Assembly (NCBI GenBank): GCA_002794465.1 | Contig: MTSL01000048.1 | Location: forward strand, 1,504 to 33,503 | Reading direction: 5' to 3' | Length of the DNA stretch: 32,000 nt | From: Paramicrosporidium saccamoebae KSL3 | Taxonomy: Eukaryota > Fungi > Cryptomycota | In this document: piece after piece, positions 8,207 through 19,697 of the stretch | Layout of the letters: each line of letters begins with the position of its first letter | Numbering within the stretch: position 1 is the stretch's first letter | Position numbers and translations under genes: made by a program | The notes under the pieces: model-generated | Databases searched by the model: none | Seen by the model: the letters and a program-made list of their open reading frames with translations, nothing else | Told to the model about the DNA's origin: nothing

Positions 8207-9616
8207 TCAGCAGCCGCCACGACGACATCTACAACGGCTCTTGCCACAACCACAACGACAGCGACGAGGTCGTCTTCTTACTCTGAGATTGCGACTCTGA
8301 GATGAGGAAGACCGAGAGACACTCCAACTCTGACTGCCACTCACACTTCTTCTCTTCCTCTTCTCTATCACCCTCTTCACATCAAACGCCACTGTGCTGC
8401 TCTCCGTGCACTGATTCACTGTTATATGGCGCACATGGTGACGATGCTTTCGCGGCTTCACCTTTATGAGCTTGCGATGACGACTACGCTTCTCCTTGGA
8501 GATCTTGCGGGATTTGCAGGCACGACGACGGGAACGAGAATAAGAGTCGCTGTAGCCACGCTTGTGGTGGTGCTTACCGGTGGCATGACGAGAAGAATAA
8601 CGGGAGGGATGACGTGCTTCTTTAACCGATGGCTTGTCGCTGTCCTTAATAACAGGCTTGTGGATATCAATGCGGGTTTCCTTACAGGTCGGCTTCCGAG
8701 ACTTGTGGCATGCAGACTTTTTAGACAGAGTTGGCTTTCGGGTGTCACTTCGGGTCTTTTGGCGAGTGTCATGAGTCTTGTGGCGGATGTCATGAGTCTT
8801 TTGACGAGTTCCTTGACGAGTGTCTTGGCGAGTATCTTGACGAGCGTCTCTCCTTGTTGACACGGTATTCTTGGACTTTGGATGCTGACGACCATGGCCA
8901 GAATTACTCTTGCTGCAGCTCGAACTTGAAGATTTGGAACTGCTGGATGAGCTGCTTGAACTACTTGAGCTGCTTTGAAGCTTCAATGTCTTTCGAGCAT
9001 GATGGACATGAGGCTTCCCCGGATGCTGAATCTGGGCGTGCACATGTGGCTTCGTAATCTTTGGCTTTCGCATCAGCTTCTTAGGAGCCTTTGGTTTGCT
9101 CACCTTGTAAGTCGTGACAGTTGTGCTTGAGCCCGAAGTGCTACAAGTGTTCGGAGTCGAAGAATCAGAACTGGGACATTTGTTGATTTGCTCGAGTAGC
9201 TTGTCGGCTGTCTTTGTAATCTTGTTAGTATCGACAGGCACCTTTTGCTTTGACTTTTGCTGCTTGCGCTTGTCAGTCTTGGAAGTCGGTTTCCTAACTT
9301 GGGTATGCTTGCGTCGCTTACCATGGTCACTGCTACTAGAGTCTGAAGAACTGCTGCTCTCACTCCCACTGCTGCTACTGCTGCTTCTGGAAGAGACGTG
9401 ATGAGGCTTTTTCTTGTGCTGGCGATGCGTCTCTTTTTGTTGCTGCTTGCGTACCTTTTCTTTCTTGGCACGGCGATCCCCAATGACCTTTTGCACGGCA
9501 GCTACAGTCTCCGATCCCATTTCTTCGTGTCGTCTCAAAGATTTTGGACGTATCTTGCCCTCATTTAGCGTGGCCAAGACGATGGGCACCGTCAGCAAGC
9601 ACAGAACCTTGTACAT
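8207..9616 (-). CDS. Secreted, highly basic Lys/Arg/His/Ser-rich low-complexity protein, 469 aa
   Basis: ATG start with signal-peptide-like MYKVLCLLTVPIVLA. 1.4-kb open frame with poly-Ser tracts, RQDT/RQKT repeats and an Arg/Cys-rich C-terminus. No known domain recognised. Confidence 0.8.
   Translation of the reverse strand: MYKVLCLLTVPIVLATLNEGKIRPKSLRRHEEMGSETVAAVQKVIGDRRAKKEKVRKQQQKETHRQHKKKPHHVSSRSSSSSSGSESSSSSDSSSSDHGKRRKHTQVRKPTSKTDKRKQQKSKQKVPVDTNKITKTADKLLEQINKCPSSDSSTPNTCSTSGSSTTVTTYKVSKPKAPKKLMRKPKITKPHVHAQIQHPGKPHVHHARKTLKLQSSSSSSSSSSSSSKSSSSSCSKSNSGHGRQHPKSKNTVSTRRDARQDTRQDTRQGTRQKTHDIRHKTHDTRQKTRSDTRKPTLSKKSACHKSRKPTCKETRIDIHKPVIKDSDKPSVKEARHPSRYSSRHATGKHHHKRGYSDSYSRSRRRACKSRKISKEKRSRHRKLIKVKPRKHRHHVRHITVNQCTESSTVAFDVKRVIEKRKRRSVSGSQSWSVSRSSSSQSRNLRVRRRPRRCRCGCGKSRCRCRRGGC
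8735..8850 (-). repeat. Coding tandem repeat (12- and 21-bp units) giving RQDT-RQDT-RQGT-RQKT-HDI-RHKT-HDT-RQKT
   Basis: Recurring TTGACGAG/TTGGCGAG and CATGAGTCTT units on the plus strand. Confidence 0.8.
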
Positions 9617-9871
9617 TGTTGGTCAACAGATTCCTGCAACGCCATTTTATACTCCGCTAGTAACTATTTTCTTTCGGAAGCATCACGATCTGCTTGGATT
9701 CTACTTATTAACAAATGAACCAACTCTATCCATGATCACCAGCACGAATAAAATTTAATATCTTAATTACATAGAACTACATGCAATTATGCATGTTTAC
9801 ACTGAATGGCTTCAATGCATTTCAGCGCGATTTGGATACCCTGCGACCAGAGAAACGGCTTTTATTTATTC

Positions 9872-10939
9872 TTAAACTGCGTGAAATTGTTCAATCAGCT
9901 TGGAAGCACTCCGTAGAGTCTCCTCTACATCTTCAGATGTTCCCAACGACGGATTGACCTCCACCAAATCCATCGAGACAAGTCTTTTAGTCTCTCCCAG
10001 CACTTTGATAATCTCCACTCCCTCTTCAATTTTTAATCCACCAGGCACGGGGGTGCCAGTGGACGGAGCATACTTGGGGTCCAGTGCGTCAATGTCAAAG
10101 CTGAGATGAATTGGATGCTCGCCCCTTGGGTCAATCGTCTTCAGGGCGTCTGTGATAACCTTGCAAACATTACGCCCTTCTTTGTTGAAACGCGTCATGG
10201 GATATTCCATCATTTCCAGACGATCAATGGTCTCTTGTTCTGGCTCATCAACGTCGCGGAGTCCAATGTATACAACTCGACTGGTCTGGATAAAGCTTTC
10301 GCGACCCGTATTGACAGATTCCAGCCGCTCTTTAGCCCAGGAAAAGCATCCCAGCTCAGCCCATCCTTTCTTATCAAGCCCAGCAAGTAATGATACAGGG
10401 CATCCATGCAGATTTCCCGAAGATGTGGTAGTTGGTGTGTTAATATCCGCGTGCGCGTCCACCCAAAACACAATCAGCTCGGGTTTTTTAAACTCCACCG
10501 GGGTCCTTTCCTCTAGTGCCTTTTCAATGATGTTAGAAATGGCGGAAACGCTTCCGATCGCAATACTGTGATCTCCACCTAATGTCAAAATCTTGGGAAG
10601 GACTCCCTTCTTCACAAGTTCCATGGTAGTTCCAAAAATGGAATCATGCAGCTTTAGGTTGGTAGCTGCAACTGCCTCTGGTCTAAGAATCGGGTTCTTG
10701 TTGGTACTAATGATTTTCTTGCCCTCACCAACAACAACACTGGTGAGCTTGGGATCGACAGCCTCCTCAGAGAATGCGCAAAATGTTAGCAATTTTTCAG
10801 GAGCCAGCTCCACACCGGCCTTGCGTTGTCCGTGGCGACTAGCCGCGAGAACAAACATTTCGGGAACATCCTGTATAGTATTAGTATTTTTAGCGGCCGC
10901 CGTTTGAGCGCCAGAGGTGGAAGTAGTAGCGGGGGTCAT
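9872..10939 (-). CDS. CAR1: Arginase, 355 aa (likely ATG at 10939)
   Basis: GQRKAGVE, LGGDHSIAIG, WVDAHADINTP, SGNLHGCPV, SFDIDALDP and PSTGTPVPGG motifs; Mn-binding residues intact. Confidence 0.95.
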   Translation of the reverse strand: MTPATTSTSGAQTAAAKNTNTIQDVPEMFVLAASRHGQRKAGVELAPEKLLTFCAFSEEAVDPKLTSVVVGEGKKIISTNKNPILRPEAVAATNLKLHDSIFGTTMELVKKGVLPKILTLGGDHSIAIGSVSAISNIIEKALEERTPVEFKKPELIVFWVDAHADINTPTTTSSGNLHGCPVSLLAGLDKKGWAELGCFSWAKERLESVNTGRESFIQTSRVVYIGLRDVDEPEQETIDRLEMMEYPMTRFNKEGRNVCKVITDALKTIDPRGEHPIHLSFDIDALDPKYAPSTGTPVPGGLKIEEGVEIIKVLGETKRLVSMDLVEVNPSLGTSEDVEETLRSASKLIEQFHAV

Positions 10940-11421
10940 CACAACACACTTTGCTTCAGTTCCCCATTTATACGCATGGCCAAAAAAGGTAATTTGATAC
11001 ACACGTGCTCCAACACTTGCTCATATCCAGATGAGTCATACTAAATGGCAAGAGATTATTGTAATGTTCTAAACATATCGAGATGACCAGTGCATTCCTC
11101 TTATTGGCCAAATCGAGCCCAATGACTCATCCATTAGGACCGACTTGGGATCGTGCCACTGTATGTATTGTAAGGTTTGCAGTCAAGAAAAATAGGATTT
11201 CCTAGAGATCTGTAAGGTTTACAGTAGAGGCTTGCGATCTCCAATCCATAGGTAGGATATACTCTTACAGTTACTGAAGGGCTCTTTGTCTCTGGTTCCC
11301 TGATATAATTCAACTTGCTTTCATTCTATCTTACGCACTTATTCATTCCCACCTTATCTCATTCTATTTCACTCGCTGAGAATCTAATTTATCAGGATTG
11401 TCTATGAAACTACAACCAGGC

Positions 11422-13725
11422 TTAGTCCATTGATGTATTCCTCTTATGTTGGCCATCCTTGTTAAACATTGTCGACACGTTGGGTCGGCGTCCGCCGGGA
11501 GGGGAACTCCATCCGGAGATGGCCTGTTTTGAATCCTGCATGGGTGAACGTTGCTCCTTCTGCCGATCGGCATCTGCAGCACTTTTTTGTACCATTTCCA
11601 GTTGCTGCTCGTACGACAATTCTGCGCCGTACTCTTCCTCGTCTAGATCTTCTCCCACAACGCTGCTGGCCGGACTGCCCACACCGTCAGAAGAGGGAGA
11701 TGCCGGTTCTGGAGACGTTTCTCGCTGCTTCTGGATTGTCTCCACCATGTCTTGGTAGAACAGATCAGTAGCAGTGAACGGCAGCTGCACATCGGCAATG
11801 GCGCGGAGGACATTGCAGTTGTTTACATGTTCGTATTCGACACGGAAAAAGTTCCATTGGAATCTGCGCAAGGCCTCCAGAGTCCAGAGGGTCATGCTAA
11901 TAGCAATGGGAGGGATCGTGGGGAAGAGCTTGGGTTGCAAAAGCGGCAAAATCCAGAGGAATCGGGCAATAGTGTCAGAAACAATCAAATACCAATAGAC
12001 CCATGGACTGAAGAGGATAGTGTTTCGCAGACGGACGTTGACAGTGCTACGCTGCCAAAGACCGAAATCCATTACAATGTCCCAGCCGAGGGAAAACATT
12101 GAACTGACTATCCGCGCCACAACGACAGCATACCAAAGGAAACTAAATCCTGACATTTTGAAAACGCCAATAATGAAGGGGACTGCCAGGGAGCAAATGT
12201 ATTTGGCCAAGTTGGCCAAATGGGGAAAGCTCATTTTGCTGTCATGATAACGACGGATACACTGCAATGAGCGCCACAACCCGGGGAACAATTGCAGAGT
12301 AAATATGTACCAGATTGCGGGGGAGCTAAGGGTAGTTGGCGCCGTTGCTCCATTGAACGTGTAGTAGATGAGCATCCCAAACATTTCAAAAGTGGCACCA
12401 AGACTCATGTACTGGTCGTTGATAAAAAAGTCTTTGAATCGACAGGGATAGAATGGCGCCGTGATGATTCTTATGGTGACGCGTGCAAACCAAATACGAG
12501 ACTGTCGGTGCAGGATGTTCATGGGGAAGACAAGAGTCAGAGTGATGATGGCAAGAATTATCCACGGTTGGAAGAAGGGACGGGCAATCCAGTCCAGACT
12601 ACCCTCCAAGCTGAGAGTTGCAAATATCATGTAGATCAGGGAAAACACACCAACCAAGGCGCTATATTGACAGACATGGAGGTTGTTTCGCTGGTTAAAC
12701 TCGAAAATGAACCGATAGTTCACATAAAACGTCTCCCATACGTAGCAATTCACGGCGAACAGCCAGGACATGGCAAACGGCAGTCCGAATCCAAAGTAAA
12801 TCACTCCGAGCGTTTTGGTGGTCATATTGGTGGCGTCAGCAGTAACAAACCAGAAGAGACGCCATATGAGACCAAGACAAAATCCAAGGGTCATGCCGGC
12901 AATAGCGGCTTCTAGATGGAATGTTTTACTTTTGAGATCCTTTACGCGGAGCTTTCGGAGTGCTTTACTCCGGTCGCCCTCGGTAAACACCCAGCGATAA
13001 ATGTTCTCCACATCCGTCATTAAACTGTCAATCACATGACTCCGATAGAATGTATAAGATCTCAAGTTTTCCAAATACTTGGCTGACAGATGTCGACCTG
13101 CATTCTTGTCATACTTTTTGAGAATCTTGGCACATCCCAGCACGTTTAGCGTTTTAAAGTTACGTATCAGCTCGAGCGAGCGATAGTACTCTAGCAAAGC
13201 CTTTTTAATCCTCATCTTTGCCAAGTGCGTAAATGATGCGGGACGCAGACTGGAGATTTTCAAGTGTTCAGGCATTTCCTTTGGGCTGCCTTTCACTGAC
13301 AGTTGGTTCTGGGTCGACTGCACGCCTTCGTCGCCGCTGTTGCTGGAACCCTCGCCGTCGGGCCCGGGGAAAGACCGCCATGTGAGCAGATTCGATTCTG
13401 GCGAGACGTCACCACGTTTCCTCTTGGTATTCTCAGGGAGAATGTGCAGCTGCGCCATGATTTTGAACTTTTTGTCAACAGCTTCCTTTTCGCGAGCCTT
13501 GTAAAAGTCTTCGATTTTCACAAGCTCATTTTCAAAGGTCTCGAAAAAGAGCACTTCGTCAGGGGAGAGGGCACCAGTTTTTTCCACGTCGGTGGGAGTG
13601 CCGGGTCCGTGGGGGAGACGCTTCTCGGCAAAGATCTTGATGAGCTTCTTGAGTTGCTTGTATTGGAGGTATTTAGGACGCCATTCTGCTACGGCTTCCG
13701 CCTCAAGACGCTTGGCAAACTTCAT
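11422..13725 (-). CDS. SYG1: SPX-EXS phosphate exporter (Syg1/XPR1 family), 767 aa
   Basis: N-terminal MKFAKRL...EWRPKYLQYKQLKKLIK (SPX), NFKTLNVLGCAKILKKYDK, multi-TM EXS region with QCIRRY, NLAKY, and RRFQWNFFRVEYEHVNNC. Confidence 0.95.
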   Translation of the reverse strand: MKFAKRLEAEAVAEWRPKYLQYKQLKKLIKIFAEKRLPHGPGTPTDVEKTGALSPDEVLFFETFENELVKIEDFYKAREKEAVDKKFKIMAQLHILPENTKRKRGDVSPESNLLTWRSFPGPDGEGSSNSGDEGVQSTQNQLSVKGSPKEMPEHLKISSLRPASFTHLAKMRIKKALLEYYRSLELIRNFKTLNVLGCAKILKKYDKNAGRHLSAKYLENLRSYTFYRSHVIDSLMTDVENIYRWVFTEGDRSKALRKLRVKDLKSKTFHLEAAIAGMTLGFCLGLIWRLFWFVTADATNMTTKTLGVIYFGFGLPFAMSWLFAVNCYVWETFYVNYRFIFEFNQRNNLHVCQYSALVGVFSLIYMIFATLSLEGSLDWIARPFFQPWIILAIITLTLVFPMNILHRQSRIWFARVTIRIITAPFYPCRFKDFFINDQYMSLGATFEMFGMLIYYTFNGATAPTTLSSPAIWYIFTLQLFPGLWRSLQCIRRYHDSKMSFPHLANLAKYICSLAVPFIIGVFKMSGFSFLWYAVVVARIVSSMFSLGWDIVMDFGLWQRSTVNVRLRNTILFSPWVYWYLIVSDTIARFLWILPLLQPKLFPTIPPIAISMTLWTLEALRRFQWNFFRVEYEHVNNCNVLRAIADVQLPFTATDLFYQDMVETIQKQRETSPEPASPSSDGVGSPASSVVGEDLDEEEYGAELSYEQQLEMVQKSAADADRQKEQRSPMQDSKQAISGWSSPPGGRRPNVSTMFNKDGQHKRNTSMD

Positions 13726-14353
13726 AGGCAAATATTAGCTAGTATTTTGATGTGGTTTAAAAGACTGAACAAGGATTTGCCTAGTTCTACACAACGCGTC
13801 CTGAAAAGGAAAAAGTGTCCCAACCTTGCCAGGGATGCAAAAACCGGCCAATCGCCTCTTGTTTACCTCACCTGACTGCAATATTATTTATGGAACCGTT
13901 AAATAGTCACCTATCCAACTCCTCAGCACCATTGCCACAGTGCACAAAGCCTGCATAGACTACATATGTATTACTAACAACGCTCTGTTGTGCGGTGGGA
14001 GTATTACCACGGTGTCAATATAAATGGGCGACACGGAACTGTTTATTACCAGCTGGTATAGACTTGCCGACCTAGTGTTCAAACATTGGAAAGTATATAT
14101 TTCCATATTTTCCAGCACCCTGCACTCAGCTAAACATTCCATTACTTCACACTGTTAAACAGCATCCACTTACTATTGGTGAGTCCGACTCAGATAGCGG
14201 TCTCACAGTCCAGTCTGGTTATACTAAGAATGGCCACCTATAAAGAAGCCATATACTTTAATAAAAGCAAGTCCACCCATAAACACACACTTTATACGGA
14301 TTTCACATCACAGACCCTGTAGTCATGGCATGGTAAACAACCGGTGAATTGAC

Positions 14354-17300
14354 CTATGAGAGGAGGAAGCTGCCGCTGCCTTCTTCAATAGCCATGAGTA
14401 ACTTTGCTCTCAAAATATCTTTAGAACTGTATCTTGGGAGTTTTAGATAATTCGCACAGGTCATTACGGTGGGCAAACTTTGGTCGGGATGGTCACAGGT
14501 GCGACAGACAACGGTGAGCGCGGGCCTCAGTTTGGCCCAGCCCCCACTTGGCAATTGCGGCCCACCAGTTAGAAATCGAATCAGACGACCTTTGTTCCCG
14601 GGATCCATCTCTGAGAATACCTCTGCGAGCCATTGTATCTGTTGGTTTTCCTTGGTATAGCCGTGATCGGCTTTGATTTCGCGTAGAATTGTTTGGGGAA
14701 CCCAGTTTTGATTACGTTCGCCGTTGATTTGACGCAAGAATTCGTCGACAGTAAATATCCTGAAGGCTTCAAAGGGAAGGATCAAATTGAACGCCTCTAC
14801 AAATGCTATCCCGGCCTCCTTTATACTGGTCTCCAAGATTAGACGCAAAATACAATCCAGATATTCGTCCAAGTTAGCCTGTGACAAGATCTTGCTTTCC
14901 CCATTGGGGCACAACTCGACTTGAGAGAAGGCAGGATGGACAAAGGCAAAGTCGGATAGAGCGCTGTTAGGTAGCTCGTAAAGTTTCTTCAGCGAGTTGG
15001 CCATGTCAGGATCAACCCGAGCAAGAGTTCGCAAAGAAAGCGGAGAATTTTTCCCCAAGAGGTATCCAACAAATACTTCATTTAGAGGCAGGTCCAGGAT
15101 CCTATTGTCCAAAATGGCACGCGCGACTAAGAGCCCCAATTGAGAGAAACACTCTTTCCGAGCTATCGGCGACGGATAGAGTCCACATTTCCATTGTACC
15201 TGCTCAGAAGTAGCATCACTCAGCCACATTGATGACGTTTGCACCAGCTCTGAAATCATGGAATAAAATTCCAAGGTTGGGCCCTATATGCATTATAAAC
15301 AGAGAATGATATATACCAAGCCGACCCCAATGTCTCCATGAAATTGAAACTCTAGGATATACCGCTTATCAGTCGCATACCATGCCAATGCTCGTGTGGA
15401 ATGGTCCTCAAATCTATCGCGATCGACCATAATCTTTACCCTTTTAATTCGAGCCAACTTGACTATAGAGTCACTTGGGTCGATGCCTGTCTCCGCTTTA
15501 TATGCCGTCTGAATTCTCTAAGGATCAAAACTATTTCAGAAGGGTACATCAAGATATCGGGGTGTTCCGAAGCTTGTAGCCACCAAATATTCAACCTTTG
15601 TGTCAAAGTCAAACAAAAATGGAAATCTCTGCATTAGTCCGTGCCAAGCGGGGGGAATATAGCCAGCAGATACTAACAAGACTTGTTTTAACTGCCTTTT
15701 CAACTTTCGCAGCAGCCTCAAGTTGTTTAAATGACTCAAAAGATTAGGTTCCTGGCAACAAGTTTGCGAGGCCAAATCCAAGCTGTCAAAGCAGGCTCTC
15801 AAATCCTCAGACATTGGAGAGTAAGCTTCTTGGCTAGCCTTTTCAGCGCGGCCATGCTGGATCCTAATTTCGATGACATTATTGAAGAGAGGTCCAAATG
15901 CTGAGGCGAAATTTTCAATCTTTTCCATTCCATGCAGCGTGTACGATAAGATGCACTTTTCTGCATCAAGCCCACTGATAATGTTGTCATTGATTTTCAT
16001 AGAGCACTTGTATTCAGTCCAGTTCACAGATGACGTAGGTTGTTTTGCTGTCGACATGTCTACGGACATGTTTAACAACGCTTCTGTGGACATTGGCTGT
16101 TCAGAAATGGCCGAGAATATGTCTGCAGGAGAAGACATAGGATCCACAGTAATCAGTCGTGAAGAGATGGACTGCCGTCCCTCTATCAGAGCAGAGAATG
16201 AAACCTTTACAGGACGGGCGACAAACATTAGCGGCTCAAGTGGATGGCCGGATCCTTTCGGAAGCTCCAAGAGAAGCATTGGGTATTCATGGTCATGGCG
16301 GCAAATATACTGCTGAACCTCGTCCATTGTCTTGAGTAACTCGGGTATGCTATCCGGATCGTTCTCCAGAGCAAGCTCTCGGAGGGATGCTATTATACCC
16401 TTCCACTTGGACAATTCCTTACTCCCACCTTTAAATTTCGAGAACAATGCAGTTTCGACATCAAAAGCCAACTCGCTTATTGAATTTGCGCCGTAAGGAC
16501 AGTCCAAAACCCGTGCCGCCTTGGTCAGTGCTTTCTTAAATAAAATATTCAGCTGGTCAACTCTCCATCCCGAGGGCTCACTGGTAAATTTATACATGGT
16601 GTTATGGCTCTCTGGCACACTTTCAAACAATATAATCAACGATATCAAGGCCAAAACGCATGTGCTTGAGTTACGAGTCACAACAGTAGAGCAAAAGTTT
16701 TCAATACAACCTTCTAGTAAATTCACGTCATTGCTACCCTGCAAGCATACCCCAAGAGATGCAATCATACAAAGTGTCTTTGTCTCTCTTGAGCAAGGAA
16801 GATATAAATGAATGGCGTTTAAGATTTCATAAAAATCAAAGGTCAAGTCATCAGGTATAATATGCTTTTGTTCCTGAATACATAGTGACACTTGAATCCG
16901 CGGAGACAAGATCAAGTCAAGTTTGCCGTTCTTTGGTATCACCTCGATAGGGAGACGACTGATGACAGAGTCATCGGGATATAACAAAGGAAGTATTGCT
17001 TCCAGAACCCCAATAATAGTTGGTTCACTCTGATCGCTAATGCTGGCAACTTGTGCATTCAATTGAGCCATGGAAAGTTCCATAATGTCACGAACATTGC
17101 CACTTGGGCTTGCTAACAACAATTTTGCATAAAGCTTAAAGGAAACTAGCCAAATAGCAAGGTCTTTTAGTTCATGGCACAAGAGTAAGAAAATGCGGGC
17201 CATTTCACGATTTCCAGCAAGCAGATCAAAAATGGCCGGAGAATTTGCAATGCTTTGGTATATTTTCAAGATTTCTAGCAATTTGCCCGAGTCACCCGAG

Positions 17301-18059
17301 CTGGATTTTAAGAGAATTTCCAGATCTGGCAACACTGGAACAATGAAACCTTTATAGTCCTCAGGCTTGGCGGACTTTGCCAAAGATGTAGCGGCTTTGA
17401 GGACCGAAAGTTGTGTGGCCCTTGAGAAAAAGTCAAGATGAGACAGCAACGCAGGCAAAGAGCCTGACCTTAGGGACTTTCGTGGAAATCCTTGGGTGAA
17501 GCTTGCCAGACAATCAATTGCTGCTTCAGCTAGGTCGATAAACTCTATGTTCGTGAGGAACCCAACCAGGACATTTAAAATGCCATGCTCAATCATGTCT
17601 TTAGTTGCCAATCTGGAATGATCGGTAATAATCTTGATGCAACGACACGCAGCTATCAGGACCTCAGGGTTCAAACATCCGCTATCAAGGAATTTTGCAA
17701 GGATACTGCCCAGACCGCCAAAATCATTGTCCTGGTTAGGAGCCACCTCGGCAAACGTCTCTGTAAATGTCAGGAGAAAGTCGTTCGTATGATGAAGTTG
17801 CATTATCAGCTGCGTATCGTCGCCCAAGGCAATGCAGGCCTTGATGTTCTCAACTTGTGGTAGCAGGGTTCTTTGCTGCACTAAGATGAGATAAGCTCGG
17901 GGGCAGTACGGGTTTGAAGCATCGACAGACCGGCCGGGTTAAATCCTCCGGTACTAGAATTCTGCCACTCTTCCTCATCGGAATTCCCAGTACTCTGATA
18001 TCCAGAAGAGTGTCCGTCTACATGCTATAAATAATCATACGGAGCCTGATACCCTCCAT
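14354..18059 (-). CDS. UFD4: HECT E3 ubiquitin ligase, Ufd4/TRIP12 family, about 1192 aa; exons 18053-18059, 17910-18017, 15548-17880, 15317-15517, 14354-15283
   Basis: ARM-like N-terminus (FIDLAEAAIDCL, LSHLDFFS). Introns of 35, 29, 30 and 33 nt restore LEFQFHGDIGVGL|GPTLEFY. C-terminal HECT with LPTVMTCANYLKLP (catalytic Cys) and GSFLLS end. 3579 nt in frame; the first small exon is less certain. Confidence 0.9.
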
Positions 18060-18425
18060 TTCAAGTAAAAAGGTATTTGATTAATTTTTTACGAGATTGT
18101 AAATAAGACTGACTCCTTACTGGGCCGTCTATATATGTAGTAGTGAAATGATTTTCAAGGACTTTATCAGGCGGAAGGGAACTTCTTCACAACTATGGCT
18201 TTATATGCCCTTTTACAAGAAATCAGTCGCGTAGTGGGAAAGACGCTAAAACGTAGGCATTTCCATGTTTGATCCGCCACGCATTAACCAGTTAATCGCT
18301 CCACTACTTTATTACATTGCACAAATATCATACTCCAAACTAGGCAATCCACACACAAACAGATGTACTCTCGGAGTTTTAAAAAAATAATGTAAGCAAT
18401 TTCAACTTTTCTGGGTTGGAATTAC

Positions 18426-19582
18426 ATGCCGACTCATATGCATCATTCATTAGAGAAGATTAAAAAAATTGACCTCCACACGCACATTATACCCGAAAGT
18501 TGGCCAGACTGGAACAAAGAATTTGGCCGTGGACGCTGGCTCACCATTCGACACGATGCCGATGGTGCAAAACTTATCAATGCCGATGGGACGCTCTTTC
18601 GGGCAGTGGAGAAGAATTGCTATTGTCCAGCAAAGAGATTAGAAGAATGTGACACTACTGACGTGTCTGTCCAGGTTCGATCGACTGTACTGGATTAATA
18701 GCAATTAGGTCTTGTCTACTGTCCCTGGAATTGGATTCAACTACGGTGCACCGTCACAGGACGCACTCCGCGTTGCCCAATTCCTAAATGATCACATTGG
18801 CCAAGTGATAAAGAGCGAACCTAAGCGCTTTGTCGGATTGGGTACTATCCCTCTCCAGGATTCTGACTTGGCAATTATCGAACTCAAGAGGTGTGTGACC
18901 GAACTCGGCATGGCGGGTGTTCAAATAGGGAGCCATGTAGACGGTCGCAGCCTTGATGATTCCAGTCTGGAAAAGTTCTGGACCACCGTGGAGGAATTGG
19001 ACTGTGCTGTTTTTGTCCATCCTTGGGACATGTCCGACGCTGAAAGGGTCCAAAAGTACTGGTTTCCCTGGTACAAAATGTCCGATTTTTAATTTTATAG
19101 GCTGCTTGGAATGCCACACGAAACCTCAATCGCACTGGGTAGTTTGCTTCTAGGCGGAGTGCTAGAACGACATCCCAAGTTGAGAATCTGCTTCGCCCAC
19201 GGAGGAGGGTGTTTTCCTGCACTAATTGGGAGAATTAGCCACGGGTTCCACGCTAGACCCGATCTGTGCCAGACTGTAACTACCACTGACCCCAAGTAGC
19301 CCACATACAACTCTCACGTAATGCTGTAGAAATCTTTTAAAGCAAGTTTATGTGGATAGCCTGGTGCACGACCCAGAAATCTTGGAATTGCTAGTGAAAA
19401 AGTTTGGCGAGGATCGCATTATCCTTGGTAGCGACTATCCGTTTCCGCTTGGCGAAATTGATCGACCAGGCCAGCTCATAGAGACCACTCAGCTTGCCAA
19501 GGAGCCAGGCGACACTGAACGAATCCGCCAAAAGTTACTTTGGAAGAATGCCGTCACATTCTTAAAGCTGCCAGATTTTTAG
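18426..19582 (+). CDS. ACMSD: 2-amino-3-carboxymuconate-6-semialdehyde decarboxylase, 352 aa; exons 18426-18674, 18709-19070, 19101-19295, 19330-19582
   Basis: DLHTHIIP (HxH), VQ|VLSTVP, FVHPWDM, WFPW|LLGMPHET, CFAHGGG, RPDLC, DSLVHD and GSDYPFPLGE motifs. Introns of 34, 30 and 34 nt restore the frame. Confidence 0.95.
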
Positions 19583-19606
19583 TAATCAATTTTGATCTAT
19601 CATAAT

Positions 19607-19693
19607 TTGCATCGTTACATGCTGGGTTGTGCGCATAGTTGCATTGTTAAATGCTGGGTTGGGCGCATATTTACATCATTACATGCTAGTTGG
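19607..19693. repeat. 32-bp minisatellite (about 2.7 copies) between convergent stop codons
   Basis: Units TTGCATCGTTACATGCTGGGTTGTGCGCATAG / TTGCATTGTTAAATGCTGGGTTGGGCGCATAT / TTACATCATTACATGCTAGTTGG, directly abutting. Confidence 0.85.
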
Positions 19694-19697
19694 ATGC

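Noticed and set aside
11160-11230. TGTAAGGTTT repeated twice and a CTGTAA-GGT-TTACAG hairpin between arginase and SYG1
   Set aside because: A 6-bp stem and a 10-bp duplication are within chance expectation, and no RNA family motif was recognised.
18226-18238. 13-bp reverse-complement match (GTCGCGTAGTGGG) to the LTR 3' end in the UFD4-ACMSD spacer
   Set aside because: Similarity stops after 13 nt, with no terminal TGT, second end or TSD. A match this long to some part of a 200-bp query is not improbable by chance.
18195-18240. GCCCTTTTAC in a weak stem, resembling U5 snRNA loop 1
   Set aside because: It has an extra C relative to the invariant GCCUUUUAC, poor closing stem and no Sm site nearby. 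An Infernal search would be needed.
19607-19693. 32-bp repeats as a CRISPR array
   Set aside because: Units abut with no spacers, there are no cas genes, and the context is eukaryotic.
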